64,000 nucleotides of DNA from Kudoa neothunni (GCA_964304625.1 OZ199840.1:10819224-10883223), one strand, 5' to 3'; shown: positions 1-13,312, counted from the first letter of the stretch. Numbers and translations are program-made. Notes: generated from the sequence alone by a model not told the origin.

Positions 1-1741
1 AGTGACTGAGACCTCCACTACTGGGGGACAATTGCTGTCCACTATCACCAAAAATGGTGTCACATTAAACGTACCTTTATTTAATCCATCGGCAGTGCCT
101 AAATTTACCAGCTGTACGGTAACACATTATGCAGCAGATAAACCGGCTCCTACTAGTGGTACAACAACAAATTGTGGAAGTTCTAACACTAGCAACTGTC
201 CGAATACATGTGAACCAGCTCTAACGATAACTGGATTATCTGCCGGAAAGCCATATATACTTCTTATTGCAGCCGACACTTCTAATGGAATAAAAGCTGA
301 TTTTAAGGAGAAAATATTCTTCAGAACACGTGAGTAGTTTAAATATTAAATTTATTGTAAAATAAGCTAAGAAAATGGAGATCAAACAACATTTCCTTCA
401 GTCATACCATCGGTAAGTGAGACAGCGGCCTCAATCCAAGCCATATCTGGAGATGACACATTGACAAAAGAGGACGTTACATGTGCCTATTATATTAGTC
501 CACGCGGAAAGGATGTTTATGTTTGTGCAATGTGCATCGATAGTTATCCATGCCGAGGTTTATGCAGGGAAACTCAGAATATTGTTGGATTGAAGCCAGG
601 AAGTGAGTATGACCTTAAGGTTGTTGCACATAAAGACTATGGGTTCAAAGTACATCCAATTACAACAGGTATATTAAATAAGATAAATTGAATGAGTTGA
701 TTTATAGCAAAATCAACATTCACACTAACAAAGGAATTTGTCGACAAGGGTTTCAAAATAGTAGGAACATTGTCTACACCTGATTCAGAGGCCAAATGCC
801 ACTACAATGTGGAAGTTAAGAAGGGAAATAAATATACTTTAATTCACCAATGCCCACAAGTACCAATTTCTCCAAAACCAGCTGAAACCCCTTCCAATAA
901 ATCAAAGCTTTCCAAAATTATGATCGCTAGATCAACAGCTGATTCAACATCCCCTCAACCCAGCAAAACGACCTCAAATATGCCCACCTATTGCATTGAG
1001 CCTCCATCATGTTCTGAGATATTATTCACAACTAATTATGATCGCTCTAAGAAATATCGTGTTGTGGTAACTAGGGCAGGAGCAGAGGACGCAAATATCG
1101 AAATTCCAGAGAGTATAATTTTTGTTTTTAATGATAAAATAAAACTGTTATTGTAATATAATTATTATACTTAGATCCTATAGTAAAAAACCAAGATATA
1201 ACTAAACAAATTATTATTAGCATTGAGCGTGATGGAAACAAATTAAAGGTTACGTCTGCATTACCACAGGAGTTCGCTGAGAACACATGTGGATGGGAAT
1301 TAAGAGACTCAACCAATCCTGAGAACATTTTAGTTAAATCATGTAATGGAGAAAACGATGGAGGTTGTGAAACCCTTCCTAAATGCAAAGAATTTGAAAT
1401 CACAGGTGTTGAGGATACAAACGATTACCAACTAACAGTTTATGTTAGCAGCGATAAAACAATAAATGGAAATAGCCAACTCAAGAAAGGTAAATGTATT
1501 TTATGGTTAAATTATCAAATTCTTCTTAGGAGAAAGTCACGACACAATGAAATCAACGTAACTTAGTTGTATTTATTTTTGTCGTTTATAATACTTATTT
1601 AGATCAAAAAATACTATGTAAAATTAAAATTGTTTATGTATTTTAAATATTTAATGATTTAGAATAATAATAGTCGCAGCCGTTGTAGGTGTGGTTGTTC
1701 TAGCGGCCGTTGCTCTAGTTTTCATAAAGAAAAGGAATTAA
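1..1741 (+). CDS. Type I membrane protein with repeated Cys-containing fibronectin type III-like modules (5'-incomplete, multi-exon)
   Basis: Spliced exons <1-329, 372-668, 708-1112, 1175-1489, 1530-1557, 1603-1617, 1663-1741 join in frame at GT-AG boundaries. Domain-sized exons are separated by phase-1 introns. Fn3-like signatures are LTITGLSAGKPYILLIAA and IVGLKPGSEYDLKVVAH. It ends in TM IIIIVAAVVGVVVLAAVALVF plus basic tail IKKRN*. Confidence 0.8.
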
Positions 1742-2171
1742 CCAGCGATTTATTATTTAATGACAGATTATATTTATTAATTAGTATATTGTTTTAATTA
1801 TTCATTTTTTAAATTTTTATTTCCGTTTCTATCGCAATTTTGTCTAAATTTTCTGTTAGTCCAATTAAAATATATTTTTTTGCCTATTTAAATAAGTTAA
1901 AAAATAAAAAATCGTGATTAGACCGTTTACTTTCTATAATGATCCTACTCAATTATTTTACACAGAAATATAATTCTACTCCCATTTATGCTAATTTAAC
2001 TTATTTAGCTATGTATGATAATTGCAACATTATATAATTAATTTTTCAACGATATTTTAAGAGTTATTGAGCATAACCATTATTTCGATTTATTGAAATC
2101 AAAAAGATATAGAGAATGATTACGTTCATAATTGTATTAAATGTGTGTAGAAAGACTTTGACCCTATAAGG

Positions 2172-2793
2172 CAGTGGCTCTCAAACGAGGGTAAATTTTA
2201 AATGACAGGAATTAAATTAATTACTATCAAAATTGAATAGGAGAAATTTTTATATAATGAGCTTGAGACGTACTTAAAGGTTTCTTTGAAATTATATTAT
2301 TTAGGACTATAAAACTCAATATAACGTTGATAGACATGCTTAAAACGTATTTAGATATAAGTCATTTACAACAATTATAAAACTATAATCTGTCTCTTTC
2401 TTTTATGACTCTTTCATCTTTTAGTGATGAAGCTTAATAATAAACTTATAGTGGCTATTTATATGATAAATAATGTCTAGATGTCACTAGTTTTGACAAT
2501 TTTTAATTATCTCTGGGCTCTAAAAGATAATGGGCTATTAATTATTTAATTTAGCAAAGTCTAAGAAATTAAATCTGTAGGCAGCTTGTGAGTAAGAGTT
2601 TATGAGATTACATTTTCATTAATTAAGCGGCCAAATTAAAAGAATAGAATTTACCGTGAAAATTCCCTCTACCGTAACTGATCGAGTATAAAGCCTTAAA
2701 GTAAATGTGAACTTGACTTCCTAATAAAAGAGTAAATTTGAATTTTTTATCTAGTTGATAGGGTAAATTTTAAAATACGGTTGAGTACCGCTG
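2172..2793. mobile_element. Non-autonomous hAT (Charlie-like) element
   Basis: Imperfect TIRs cagtggctctcaaac / ggttgagtaccgctg. Flanking 8-mers ctataagg / ccctaagg match 6/8, consistent with an 8-bp TSD. Confidence 0.6.
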
Positions 2794-3951
2794 CCCTAAG
2801 GATTTTGTGTCTTTTTGGCCAAAATCATTATTAATTAACCAAATATTATCCACGTAATAATCAAAAATTCGTAATATCATTTCTAATCTGTAAACTTTCA
2901 ATAATGTTCATTCTTTGAAAATCTTAAATCGAATGAATAAAACTAAAGTATCAACTAAAATTATTTTCTGAGCCTTAGAGCAGTGTTCCCAACTTCTTTA
3001 TTTTGGGCTCCGCTTTATCCTGAACAAAAGTTTCGTCGCCCACCTGCAAAAGTATTGATTCTTTTAATTTAAACTGTTTATATCGTTGAATAATGTTATT
3101 TATCACATTAAAATTTGAAAGAAATTAATAACTATATTTATTCCATTAAAATTAAAAAGTATTCGATCAGACCTAATTTAATTTATCGATCGACCTTAAA
3201 AACTAACACCATTAATTCTACATTCTGTCAAATGAAACTCGTGGTAATCTAACCTTCATTAGAAAAGAGTTTCATGTATACGGGGCTAACGAATCGTAAA
3301 TAAATAATATACGAAAAATTAATCAATATTATATTAGATATAATAACAAAAGAGGATAAACGATTCTGAAAGAGATAAAATAGAGATTCAAATCGTCCTG
3401 ATTCTCTCCTAGTGAAGAACATGTTAAATATCATAATTAACTGTTATGTAATTAGTCATTTCTTCCTAAATTTTTTATGATAATAATCTTCACCTAAAAA
3501 TAAGCGATTTTTATAATCGTGATATTAATTTCAAAGCACGTCCAACTGCTTAAGTATCTCACCATTATCCGAGCCATACCAATACTCGGGATTTTCCGCG
3601 TCCCACCAGAGCGGTTCATTAAACATTCAAAAATTTCTATATTCCATCGTAATTTTTTCATGCCCCACTTTAAGAAACAGCCTAAAGGATAAGGTCTAAG
3701 GAAATTTGGTTTAAAATGAACATTACAACGTTTTTTGGTCACAAAAATTTAAAAAAAAAGTAAATATAAAATGCATCAAAATAAATTTTAGGTAAGAAAA
3801 CATCTGTTCAATTAACGTTCTCAATATGTGACGATTTTTGAGAAGTTAAACAAATTTAAATAAGTATTTAAAAATGAGAGCAATTAATCTATGGATTTGG
3901 AAAAATAAACTCCGAATGTTCAAAAATTCCAGGAAAAAACTAACTTTATAT

Positions 3952-5040
3952 TCAACTACCTATAATTTTAGTGAGAACAAGGAAAAATATTTTGTATAGT
4001 ATAATGACGAGCCAAAATAGCTTTCCGAGCGGCAAAGCCATATCGATAAAGGAAGGTATATTTCCAGTGATGTGATATTTTTTGTAGTACAATGACTGAA
4101 GAACGAACATAGTAGGAGTTAGTACAAACAGTGTGAAAAGGCCCCAATAAATAATAGTGCTAATGACGCGTAGGATCAGGAAATCGAATATGGTTCCAGT
4201 TTGAGTCCAGATGAAGAATTCCAAAATGTAGACTTTTGATATAACTATTATACTCATCACCACTCGAACAACAACGAAAACAGAAACCACAGTGGTGTAT
4301 TTTTTATAGAATCCCATAGCGAAGCAGTCAACTCCTGTGAAGGCACATTTAGCACATGCGACACCCTTCGGTCCAATAGAAAACGTAAAAAATATTGCGA
4401 AAAGCATTGGCATAACAGTATCGTCGACTAACAAAAGGGTAGTTTCGATTATGTGCTTGTATCGAGAAATAGCCCCTAATGTTTTCGATAGGGTTCTTTT
4501 GGTGTTTTTAGTTGACGATTTCAATGCTACGAGTTTGTTGTGCAAACTTCTATCAGCCATAAACGTATTAACTACCGAGTTGCAAACTGCCAACATCCCA
4601 CTAATTGCAGAACACAGTAATATCGCGTACAGCAATGAATATGGTAATTTTATTTTCTCTCCTGCCACCACAATGTCTCCGTTAAAACCACACTCACTAA
4701 TATTGGATAGCATTGAGAATCGTTTGATTAGCTCTGATATTGGTTCATAGTTTCCCCTAAAAGAAGGTGGTTTTAATGGTGGTAGTAGTGTCCCAGAGTC
4801 ATAGTCGCTCTTATAAGAAGGTGGTTTTAATGTTGGTTGTAGTAGTGACCTGGAATCGTAGTCGAGGAGTGGTTCGGGTATAGGGTGGGGAGGATTTGTA
4901 TTCAAGGCGTATAATGAAAAGCCGACATTCACCACGATAGATATCAATCTCAAAAGCAAATATATAATAACTGTGAATACTTTATAACAGTCAAACTGAT
5001 AGTGGTAATAGAAATAGGAGGCAATTCTAGCGAAGACCAT
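3952..5040 (-). CDS. Intronless multipass membrane protein of unknown family, 362 aa
   Basis: Long uninterrupted ORF in a very AT-rich background. It has several hydrophobic segments, a CAKC Cys cluster and an internal duplicated DYDS..LL.P.LKPPS[YF] unit. Confidence 0.7.
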   Translation of the reverse strand: MVFARIASYFYYHYQFDCYKVFTVIIYLLLRLISIVVNVGFSLYALNTNPPHPIPEPLLDYDSRSLLQPTLKPPSYKSDYDSGTLLPPLKPPSFRGNYEPISELIKRFSMLSNISECGFNGDIVVAGEKIKLPYSLLYAILLCSAISGMLAVCNSVVNTFMADRSLHNKLVALKSSTKNTKRTLSKTLGAISRYKHIIETTLLLVDDTVMPMLFAIFFTFSIGPKGVACAKCAFTGVDCFAMGFYKKYTTVVSVFVVVRVVMSIIVISKVYILEFFIWTQTGTIFDFLILRVISTIIYWGLFTLFVLTPTMFVLQSLYYKKYHITGNIPSFIDMALPLGKLFWLVIILYKIFFLVLTKIIGS

Positions 5041-5313
5041 TTTGTGTTGCGTTCACCGAAAGATTCACTCTTTTAAACACATACTTTAAATAAATATTTC
5101 AAACAAATACTTTTTCAAATACAACCTAGATGTAACACACCAAAATCGAGCGACCCCCGAAAAATCGCCCCAACGAGAGATCACAACACGGAAAGCAGCA
5201 AAAACAAAAACAGGAAACTCAAAACAATAAGTAAGTATTAGCATTGGCATTGGCATTAGTATTGTATAGATAGAAAATATTAGCAATAACGTAGCCTAGT
5301 AGCATGGAGATAA

Positions 5314-7887
5314 TTAGGTGAATGATTTGGTGAGTTGAAATTGATTTTCTCCCACACTCACTATGACACCAATAAGTATCCAATGCAATACAATCTGTTT
5401 GATTGAATCCATGTTCTTGATGCTTGATTTTTTCAATAGGTCATCGTAGCTGAGTATAACTACAATAGTTAATGTTAATTTATGGGTGTATTGCAAGTGT
5501 CATCAGAATTACCATTTTTATTGAACAACAACAGAATAGTTCCTTGGCTGGGGGAAGCTAAGAAGGTTCTTTTAACACCCTCGACAACCACAGTCATCTC
5601 AAGAATATCCTGATTGGGGTACCATTCCAAGTATCTATTGGGGTGCTTTAAAGCGTAGTCTCTTTCGATTTTTTGCGCGTAACTAAACGTATTACAGGCC
5701 CACATTCAAAATTATTCAAACAACAGTCTATTATAGACAATATATCAACGAATAAATGATACTTGTTGATAAAAGGGGGAACCACAAACTGGTCGCTGGA
5801 GCTTAAATCTGGCCATACAGACGGTGTGGTGATAATACAATCGATAGCCATTTTCTATCCGTGAATATCATCAAAAATATTCATATGAGCGTAAAATAAT
5901 GTAAATAACTAATTAATTATTTACTTTTCTTTTATCGTATCGTTTGTGGACTTTTGCGACAGAATCGGCCACATTACTTAACATGACGAAACAGTCGTAA
6001 ACCAATTCTTTACCGAAGCATTTCAACAGAAATTCTAGAAGGACTTTCTACAACACATTTAGTGCTCGCTTCCAAATAAAAAACAATAAGAATTAATGCT
6101 GACTTCTTTTTCAATAAAGTTATCCGCATTGAAAGGCAGAATTCGTTCCATCAAGTATTTTCTAAGTTCAGTCATAAAAGTCCTGGCGTTGCCCACAATG
6201 AAAATGTAGCTGTTTAATAGATCGAAAGTGTTTTTTCGAATGCGTTTAGTTTGAAAGGTTTTGTTGAGAAGATTCACACTGGTATTAGCTGTTTTTTTGC
6301 GGAGTGTGATCGAGTTGAAATTCAGGGGTTGATTCAAACTCTCGTCATCACTGTCTGAGGGAGGTTCTGGGCGGATTGTGTTATTGTATATAAACCAACA
6401 ATTTTGAGGCGCATTTTCCGACTAGAAACCCCAACACAAAAACCATGTTAAATAAAGAAATCATAAGAATTGCATTATTATTAACGATTTACACGAACAA
6501 AATCTTCATGAAAAGTTTCAGACGCGCTAATCGAAGAGACGATCGATTTTATAAGATCTTTTCTGGTTCTAAAATGTAAACCGACCAATATACAATAAAC
6601 AGACTCAAATGATAGTTACTTCAAATAATCGACAATTGGAACGCAAATCAATTTCGAAAGTTGACCACTTTCATCAATATCGTTCGAGTTGGCCAGCAAC
6701 AAATTACAAGAATCCAAAATAGTGGTTGTACTATTGCCGATATGCAACAATCTTGGGGATATACTACATTCAATGAATATCGACAATTAATTGTGAAAAT
6801 AAAAACTCTTACTCTTTCAAAAATTTTTTAGCTATGACATCTTGTCTATTGGTTACCTTGATACATTTCTACAATAAAACTAATCTCTAAATCTTTTAAA
6901 CGATCAGTTATACTGCCAACTCTTTAATGTGAACGCAATCGTCATCTTTGTTCATCAAATAAGTCTCCAACATGGGCATTCTATTGCACAATTTAGTCGA
7001 TAAATGAAGAAATAGTTTAAATATAACTTGTATAACAGATAATAGTAATGAATATTGTAGCTGAGATGCAATAGCAATCCATCCATCTCTGATTGATCTA
7101 TGGTGATTATTTGACCTATTTGATTAAGACAAAAATATTACCACAAAAGAATCTTCTGAATTTTAAAGCCCTTTGTTTGAAATGAGCCTCAAATGAGTCT
7201 AAAGTAGGCGTCAATGCATCCAATTGTTTCATAGAATCTTTCATCTATTGCAAAGAGATCAAATATAGCGGAATGACTAAAACATATCGAAAAAAGTAGG
7301 ATCTATGTACCTTTCTATCCAATAGACCCATTATCGCGGTGTAACAAACATCCTGCCATTGACTGCTCAATATGAAAAATTCATTAATGTATAATAGTTT
7401 TTCGATGAAAATTTTAGAATCCGAATCTGTGGGATCTTCTATCTGTAGGTAATCTTCGAAAGCGCCCCTCATTGTCTCATGAAGGTGGTAACCCAAAAAT
7501 CTCATTCAGAGTATAAAAGACGAACCATTCATCTCCCAGGCGTCTATCATTCAACCAATATCAGAAATATTCATGAGAAGAAGATTACAAAATCAATTTA
7601 TCTTGTTTTTGAAAATATCTGCAATATTCGTACAATCGATCAAACCAACTTGTGCTCTTTATCAATTTTATCGCTGATTTTTCCAGAATCTTATGCAAAA
7701 AATATACCTTTACATTATTCATGTAGTTTTTTAAATCTGAGAGCAGCATTCTCAAGAATACATAAATTTAATCGCGCTCTTTTAATCCAAACAATAAGAG
7801 GCTAGTCTTCGGCAAGTGTCGTTCCATATGATATCTGTTTTAGCAATGTATACGTGTATGTTGTATACAGTTAGATCACATATTCAT
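5314..7887 (-). CDS. ANAPC2: Anaphase-promoting complex subunit 2 (cullin homology), multi-exon; 5' end approximate
   Basis: Spliced exons match recalled APC2 motifs in order: PRLLHIGNSTTTIL (~RLLHPGVNTCDII), RTRKDLIKSIV (~RTREDTVRQIV), DLLNSYIFIVGNARTFMTELRKYLMERIL (~DIISLLVSIYGSKDLFINEYRSLLADRLL), FLLKCFGKELVYDCFVMLVNVADS (~LLKLRFGEAPMHFCEVMLKDMADS), VWPDL..VPPFINNYAQKIERDYALKHPNRYLEW, SPSQGTILLLF (~TPVQAVILLYF), HWILIGVI (~VWLQQGVL). Confidence 0.88.
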
Positions 7888-8075
7888 AATTTATTTAAAA
7901 ATTAGTTTTATAATATTTGTAATTTTAGTTAGTATACGTCGAAAATATACTTAATTTTATGAGAGATAATTAATTAATGGCTCCGATTAAGCGCGACTAT
8001 CAATCCATTTACTTTGATTATAGCGGACGCTGTACACTAAATCAAGAGTGCTGCTGGATTTTAATCCCCACCTCC
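7888..8075. promoter_or_regulatory. Putative bidirectional promoter between ANAPC2 and CPSF2
   Basis: About 200 bp AT-rich gap between two divergently transcribed housekeeping genes; no specific motif identified. Confidence 0.4.
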
Positions 8076-11000
8076 ATGTCTACCTTGGATATTAAATTTA
8101 CTGCTATTGTTGATGGAGAAATTTCCAATTATTATTGTTATCTCTGTCAAATAGATGGATTCAATATTTTTATTGGATTGTGGCTGGAATTTCGAAATGG
8201 ACGGATATTTAGTCGATACTCTAGATAAGTGATTTTTTAGTGTTAATATATATAGCTGAGCGTTGTCATAAATAAGATATCGAGACAACATCGATCTGAT
8301 ATTGATATCGGGCAGCAGCCTCAAACATGTAGCCAGCTTGGCATACATTTACACTAGGAACTCATGGAAATGCCCCATCTATATGACTCAACCAGTGTGG
8401 CAGGCCAGCAAACTCACCATGTACGATTTTTATCAGGCTCTATTCAACTGTACACCAAACGAACTCCTCCCTTTCTCTTTGGATGATATTGACAACGTTT
8501 GGGATAGTATAATAAGAGTACGATATCTACAAAGTGTATATTTGAAAGGTGGGCAATTTTGTAATGTTTAAATAAGTTTGAGTTTTTTTGCAGGTAAGGG
8601 TCAAGGAATCACTGTTTTAGCGCTGAATTCCGGCATGACTCTTGGAAGCTGTATTTGGCGGATTTGCAAAGACAACGAAGGGGAAATTGTTTATGCGGTG
8701 GAAATCAACCATAAAAAACAACTGTAAATTTGTTGTTATCGTCATTATTTACGCTGTGAAAACACATTTAGACATCTCAATGAGGCTATGATTCATGGAT
8801 TGATTAAACCTTTCATTTTTATCACAAACGCTTCCGATCATAAAGAAGAATCCCCTCACAAAAAGCTTAAAATTCAAAAATTAACCAGTAAGTTTAATCG
8901 GCGGCGATTAGAGGGTATTTTAAGTTCAAACATTTAGGCGAAATTCTAAACATTCTCAGCTCCAACAATGGAAGTGTTTTGATGTTTAGTGATACTGCCG
9001 GGCAGGTGATCGAATTGCTATTTCTGCTGGTATTTCTAACATCTTTTACATTCAAGTGTTTATTGGCATTAAATATTGACTTAAACTTATGTATTATTTA
9101 TTAATTCCATTAATTATATTTTTTTAATGTAGGAATATTAATTATACAGATATAAAAGTATTTTAATATTGGGTGACTTAGAATTGTTCGGAAATAAAAA
9201 AATAAAATTAGTATTACGACTTTAAAATTCGTTTAGAAATTAATATAAAACTTATACACTTTAAAAAATTGCTGGGTGTAATAACCGACAAAGCCATCAT
9301 TTTGATAATCTTTTTACGGAATGGTTTATGACCATTTCAATTAAAAACCTCGATATTATAATTGATAATATTGAGGTCAGCAAGTTTTGAAACCCACAAA
9401 CCAATTTTTAACTTGATTCGGAACGAACGTTGATCTATTTTACGATTATTTAATTATATTTTATAATTTAAATCGATTGTATACAATATAGAAAAATGAA
9501 ATTAATACATCCAAAATATTTGAAATCATTAGTTTCTATAATATTTTCAAAAACAACACCGTTGGTTAAACATACACTAAGCCAGCCGATATAGAAATTG
9601 ACGAACTAAGATATTTTTTCATTTTTGAATTCAAATGACTGCTCGTGCAGGAATTTAACGACATATGTATGATGAAATTATTTTATAGCTTGATAATATT
9701 TATATTTGAACGATGGCATTAAATTATATATTTCCTCTTATTAATATTGCCAAAAAATATATAAATGTAAATAAAATATCAAGAGATGCTGATTGGGTCA
9801 AAAATCATAATGAATTTAAAAAGATGGAAACTGTTTAAAGTTGGAAAGGTAACGATTTAAATATTAAAAAATCGATAATCTCCTTTAAAAAATTGCTCAA
9901 AAACTTTACCCAAGTATGATTCAATCTCGCGCCCTCCAAACCCCAAGTTTGCATTTCTAATGGGAGGGGGAGCTATAATACACTTTTATGCTCCACAGGA
10001 AAATTATTTATTTCAAATATGTTCATTTAAGGATTTTTAAACGAAGAATTTACATTGTATATTTTATTTGTAAGAATATTAATTAAACAATAAACAAAAT
10101 ATACCTATTTTAATGAGATGGTTTATCACAGATCTGTTATCTGTAAGTATTGTTGATCTATACCTTATTAAATTTTTATCTTATCAAAAGCTAAATCATA
10201 TTAAATATTTTTTTAGTCTGATATCAAAAATAAACTCTAATATAAGCTATTTTTAAAGTGTCGCCTTCACATTATTTATATTCGTTCGAGTGTTAAACTT
10301 TTGACATCTTTTAATGACGAAGATTGCTCAGGAATATTAAAGAATTATTTTTTATTATTAAATTATATAAATTCAGAATATCGTTTTTTTCTAATAAACA
10401 AATAGCATGATTATAAAAGTTGAACTTTGCCAATAAACCCTTAAAGTATTTGTTCGTCTTTTTGTACTTAACATCCATTCTAGAGCAATATACTACGAGC
10501 TAACAAGTACACTTGCATCGATGTGATTGTTTGTAGTCATGTGGCTCATCACATTTTAAAATTGGTCACTTCAAATGTAATATTTCATAATTTTTTTAAA
10601 TGAATTAGCTGAGTGTTTGTTGTGGATTGATTGGACAGTCAGATCTACTCTACCTCTACTGGACACGATTTAGATTTATATATATAATATTTAATTTTTT
10701 AGACGGAATGGCTAAATGAAAAACTTATGAAAAGAATGGAAGGTGGAGTGTTTAACTTTTTGGGATTATTGTATGTTAGAATGGTAAGAGAATAGTTGAG
10801 AATTTGTTGAGTTTAGAAATTTATACACTTGTCAAACCATCGAAGAAATCGATCATATCAAATCAGCTAGAGTATTTATTTCTTATTGATATCACATTGA
10901 TTCTACTGGCTTTATTGTGTATAGATTGTGATCACATCCAGCATCAACATGGAATACCCACTAGGTGTTCAGCTGTTCAGTAAAATGGCGTCGGATCCGA

Positions 11001-13046
11001 ATAATTTGATTGTCTATACTATTACTCCTGATCGGTCATCATTGGCGGATAAGGTCATTCGTGGCGCACCTTCGTCTGAAATCAACATAAAAGTTGTTAT
11101 ATTGTTTTGAATTGTTTGTTTCGAATTGATTCTCTTAAGATATCCAGTAGAGCGCAACTTGAGGGACGTGAATTAGTGGAAGCATACGATGAGATCGACC
11201 AAAACCATGTCGATGAAGTGCCACAACTTGAAAACTCCTCATCATCTACTGATACCGAAGACGATACTTTGTACACCGAAAGCTTTCAAGTACAGTCTTC
11301 AAAAGAAATCCTACAAAATTCAGATCAACCATTATTTGAATTGACCAATGCATCTATTACAACATCCATTAAACAAAAGCTTCTTCCTTTTGAAACGAAT
11401 GGTAACCAGCACCAGCATATTGGGAGTAATTCTAAGTCTATAATTATAGGTAATTTTTTGAGTTTTCATTGTTTAATCATCTATTTAGATAGCTCATCTC
11501 TTGAATATGTATCCAGTGTGTTGGAGGATAGTCACTTCAACAATCTCTTAGGTGTAATAGATTTTTTTTGGTGTTATAAACTTTGTTAATTGATCGATAG
11601 AGTTCCAGCTGTACTCTGAAACCTATTCAGAATAGCACCAATTCTCGTTTCAAAAAATCGTATGACGTTTACGGTGAGACGTACAAGTACGTGATACAAC
11701 ATTGTTGTTCGAGCTACCTTCCTCTGTGTGATTGATAACTCTCTGTTTTATTAGGCACGAAGGATTTATAAAAAATGTCATCCAGGAAAAAAATATCATA
11801 TCCTACGATGACAAAGTGATGAAAACTGCCTACGATCATGCTGAGAGTAATTTTTATTTTCATTTACGTTTTTCTTAAAAACAGCCACTAAATATTAATT
11901 TCCAATTTGCTAAAATTGACTTTTTAAAAGATGTTTTCACAAAATAAAATATTTTGGACGATCCGTCCTCATTCTTATTGTTTGATAATGATGTATTTTT
12001 CTGTTGAATATCATCGTTGAAATTTTTAAATAAATTTTTTTTCAACTAACTAAATAAATGATCCCACTTTGCATGGTCTAAGATTTTTTTCAAGGATTAA
12101 TTCAGGGTATAGTAATAGACTTAATTTGTGTTTTTGATCGTACAACATCCTAAACATATTTATTGTAATTTTTAGTCGATATCACAAAATATCCCTCAAA
12201 AATTGTGTCCACCAACTGCAATAACCTTCAAATTAATGCCAATGTTCTCTTTATGAATCTTAACTGTGCGATTGATTGTGTTTCACAAACACGAATGATT
12301 GAATCGATCCAGCCACGACATTTGGTTTGTTTTCAGATTTTAAGTCATTTGTGAATTTCATTTATAGATTGTTCTATCCGACAATGGGTCTGGTGATGCG
12401 GAGTTCCTAGCAGAATCTATAAATAAAGTAGGTGAGAAGAATTTTTCCGATTTGAATCGCCGTTCAATCACTGTATATCGTGTGATATCAAATGAGACTT
12501 TAAATATTTGTGACCGTAAACAAGCCCTCTATGTGAGTCGATTAATCCTTGGTTTTGTTAAAAAATAATGGAGACTGTTCGTTTATATTTGCGTATAGGC
12601 TAAAATCAAAGATGACGATATTGGAAGTCTACGATTTAAAAATTGTTCCGATGTTTCTATCGCCTGGGTAGAAATTTGTGGCAGGTATCAACCGAAAAAT
12701 GCATTCATGGACGACTACCCCGTACTCCAACTGGCCCAATCTTCAGACGTAAATATTTATTGGCGATAATTATCCATAATATAATATCTTATTCGATTAT
12801 ATTGGATTTTTCAGATTAACAAACATGAATCAATTTTTATCAACCACGTCAAAATTAATGAGTTCAAAATGAAGCTTGAAAGCGAAGGAATCCCTACTCA
12901 AATCGATAAAGGTGTGTTGTGCTGTGCCGACAATCAAGTGAAAATTTTCAAAACCTCATCCAATAATATCAACATTGAGGCTATACTTTGCCAAGAGTAT
13001 TTTGAAATTAAAAAAACTGTTATATGAACAATTTTGTGTGTTGTAA
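8076..13046 (+). CDS. CPSF2: Cleavage and polyadenylation specificity factor subunit 2 (CPSF100), multi-exon
   Basis: Motifs include YCYLCQIDGFNI-LDCGW, FSLDDIDNVWDSI, LKGKGQGITVLALNSGMTLGSCIWRICKDNEGEIVYAVEINHKK, GSVLMFSDTAGQVIELL, TEWLNEKLMK and C-terminal LCQEYFEIKKLLYEQFCVL*. Two +1 shifts lie in homopolymers (T5 8167-8171, A7 13010-13016). An in-frame upstream ATG exists at 7977. Confidence 0.93.
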
Positions 13047-13312
13047 TCCTTTTATGGTATATTAATAGTTGGCGCGCAATCCTTATTTGTTAAGTCAGCG
13101 ATTCTGAGCTTTAAAAGTTTATAGGACTTTTGCGATTTTGCTATTGTTAAAATTGTTTGTTAATTTTATTCATGATATTGTTAATTCAATTTCTTAAAAA
13201 ATGAAATAAAAATTTATATTGAATGCAGGTCAACATTAAAATGGACAATTAAAACATAGTTTCATCAAACTCTAAGACTCTATTCGTTGAATCCGAGTTA
13301 AATCCCTTTTAA

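Noticed and set aside
2981-3050. hAT-like left end cagtgttcccaac
   Set aside because: No matching right TIR found.
4337-4750. 137-aa plus-strand ORF
   Set aside because: Antisense shadow of the 362-aa membrane protein ORF.
5086-5286. 66-aa ORF as a possible last ANAPC2 exon
   Set aside because: No resemblance to the WHB domain, and read-through of the previous exon aligns better with APC2.
7479-8348. ORFs 7479-7805(+) and 8061-8348(-)
   Set aside because: Antisense to ANAPC2 and CPSF2 exons.
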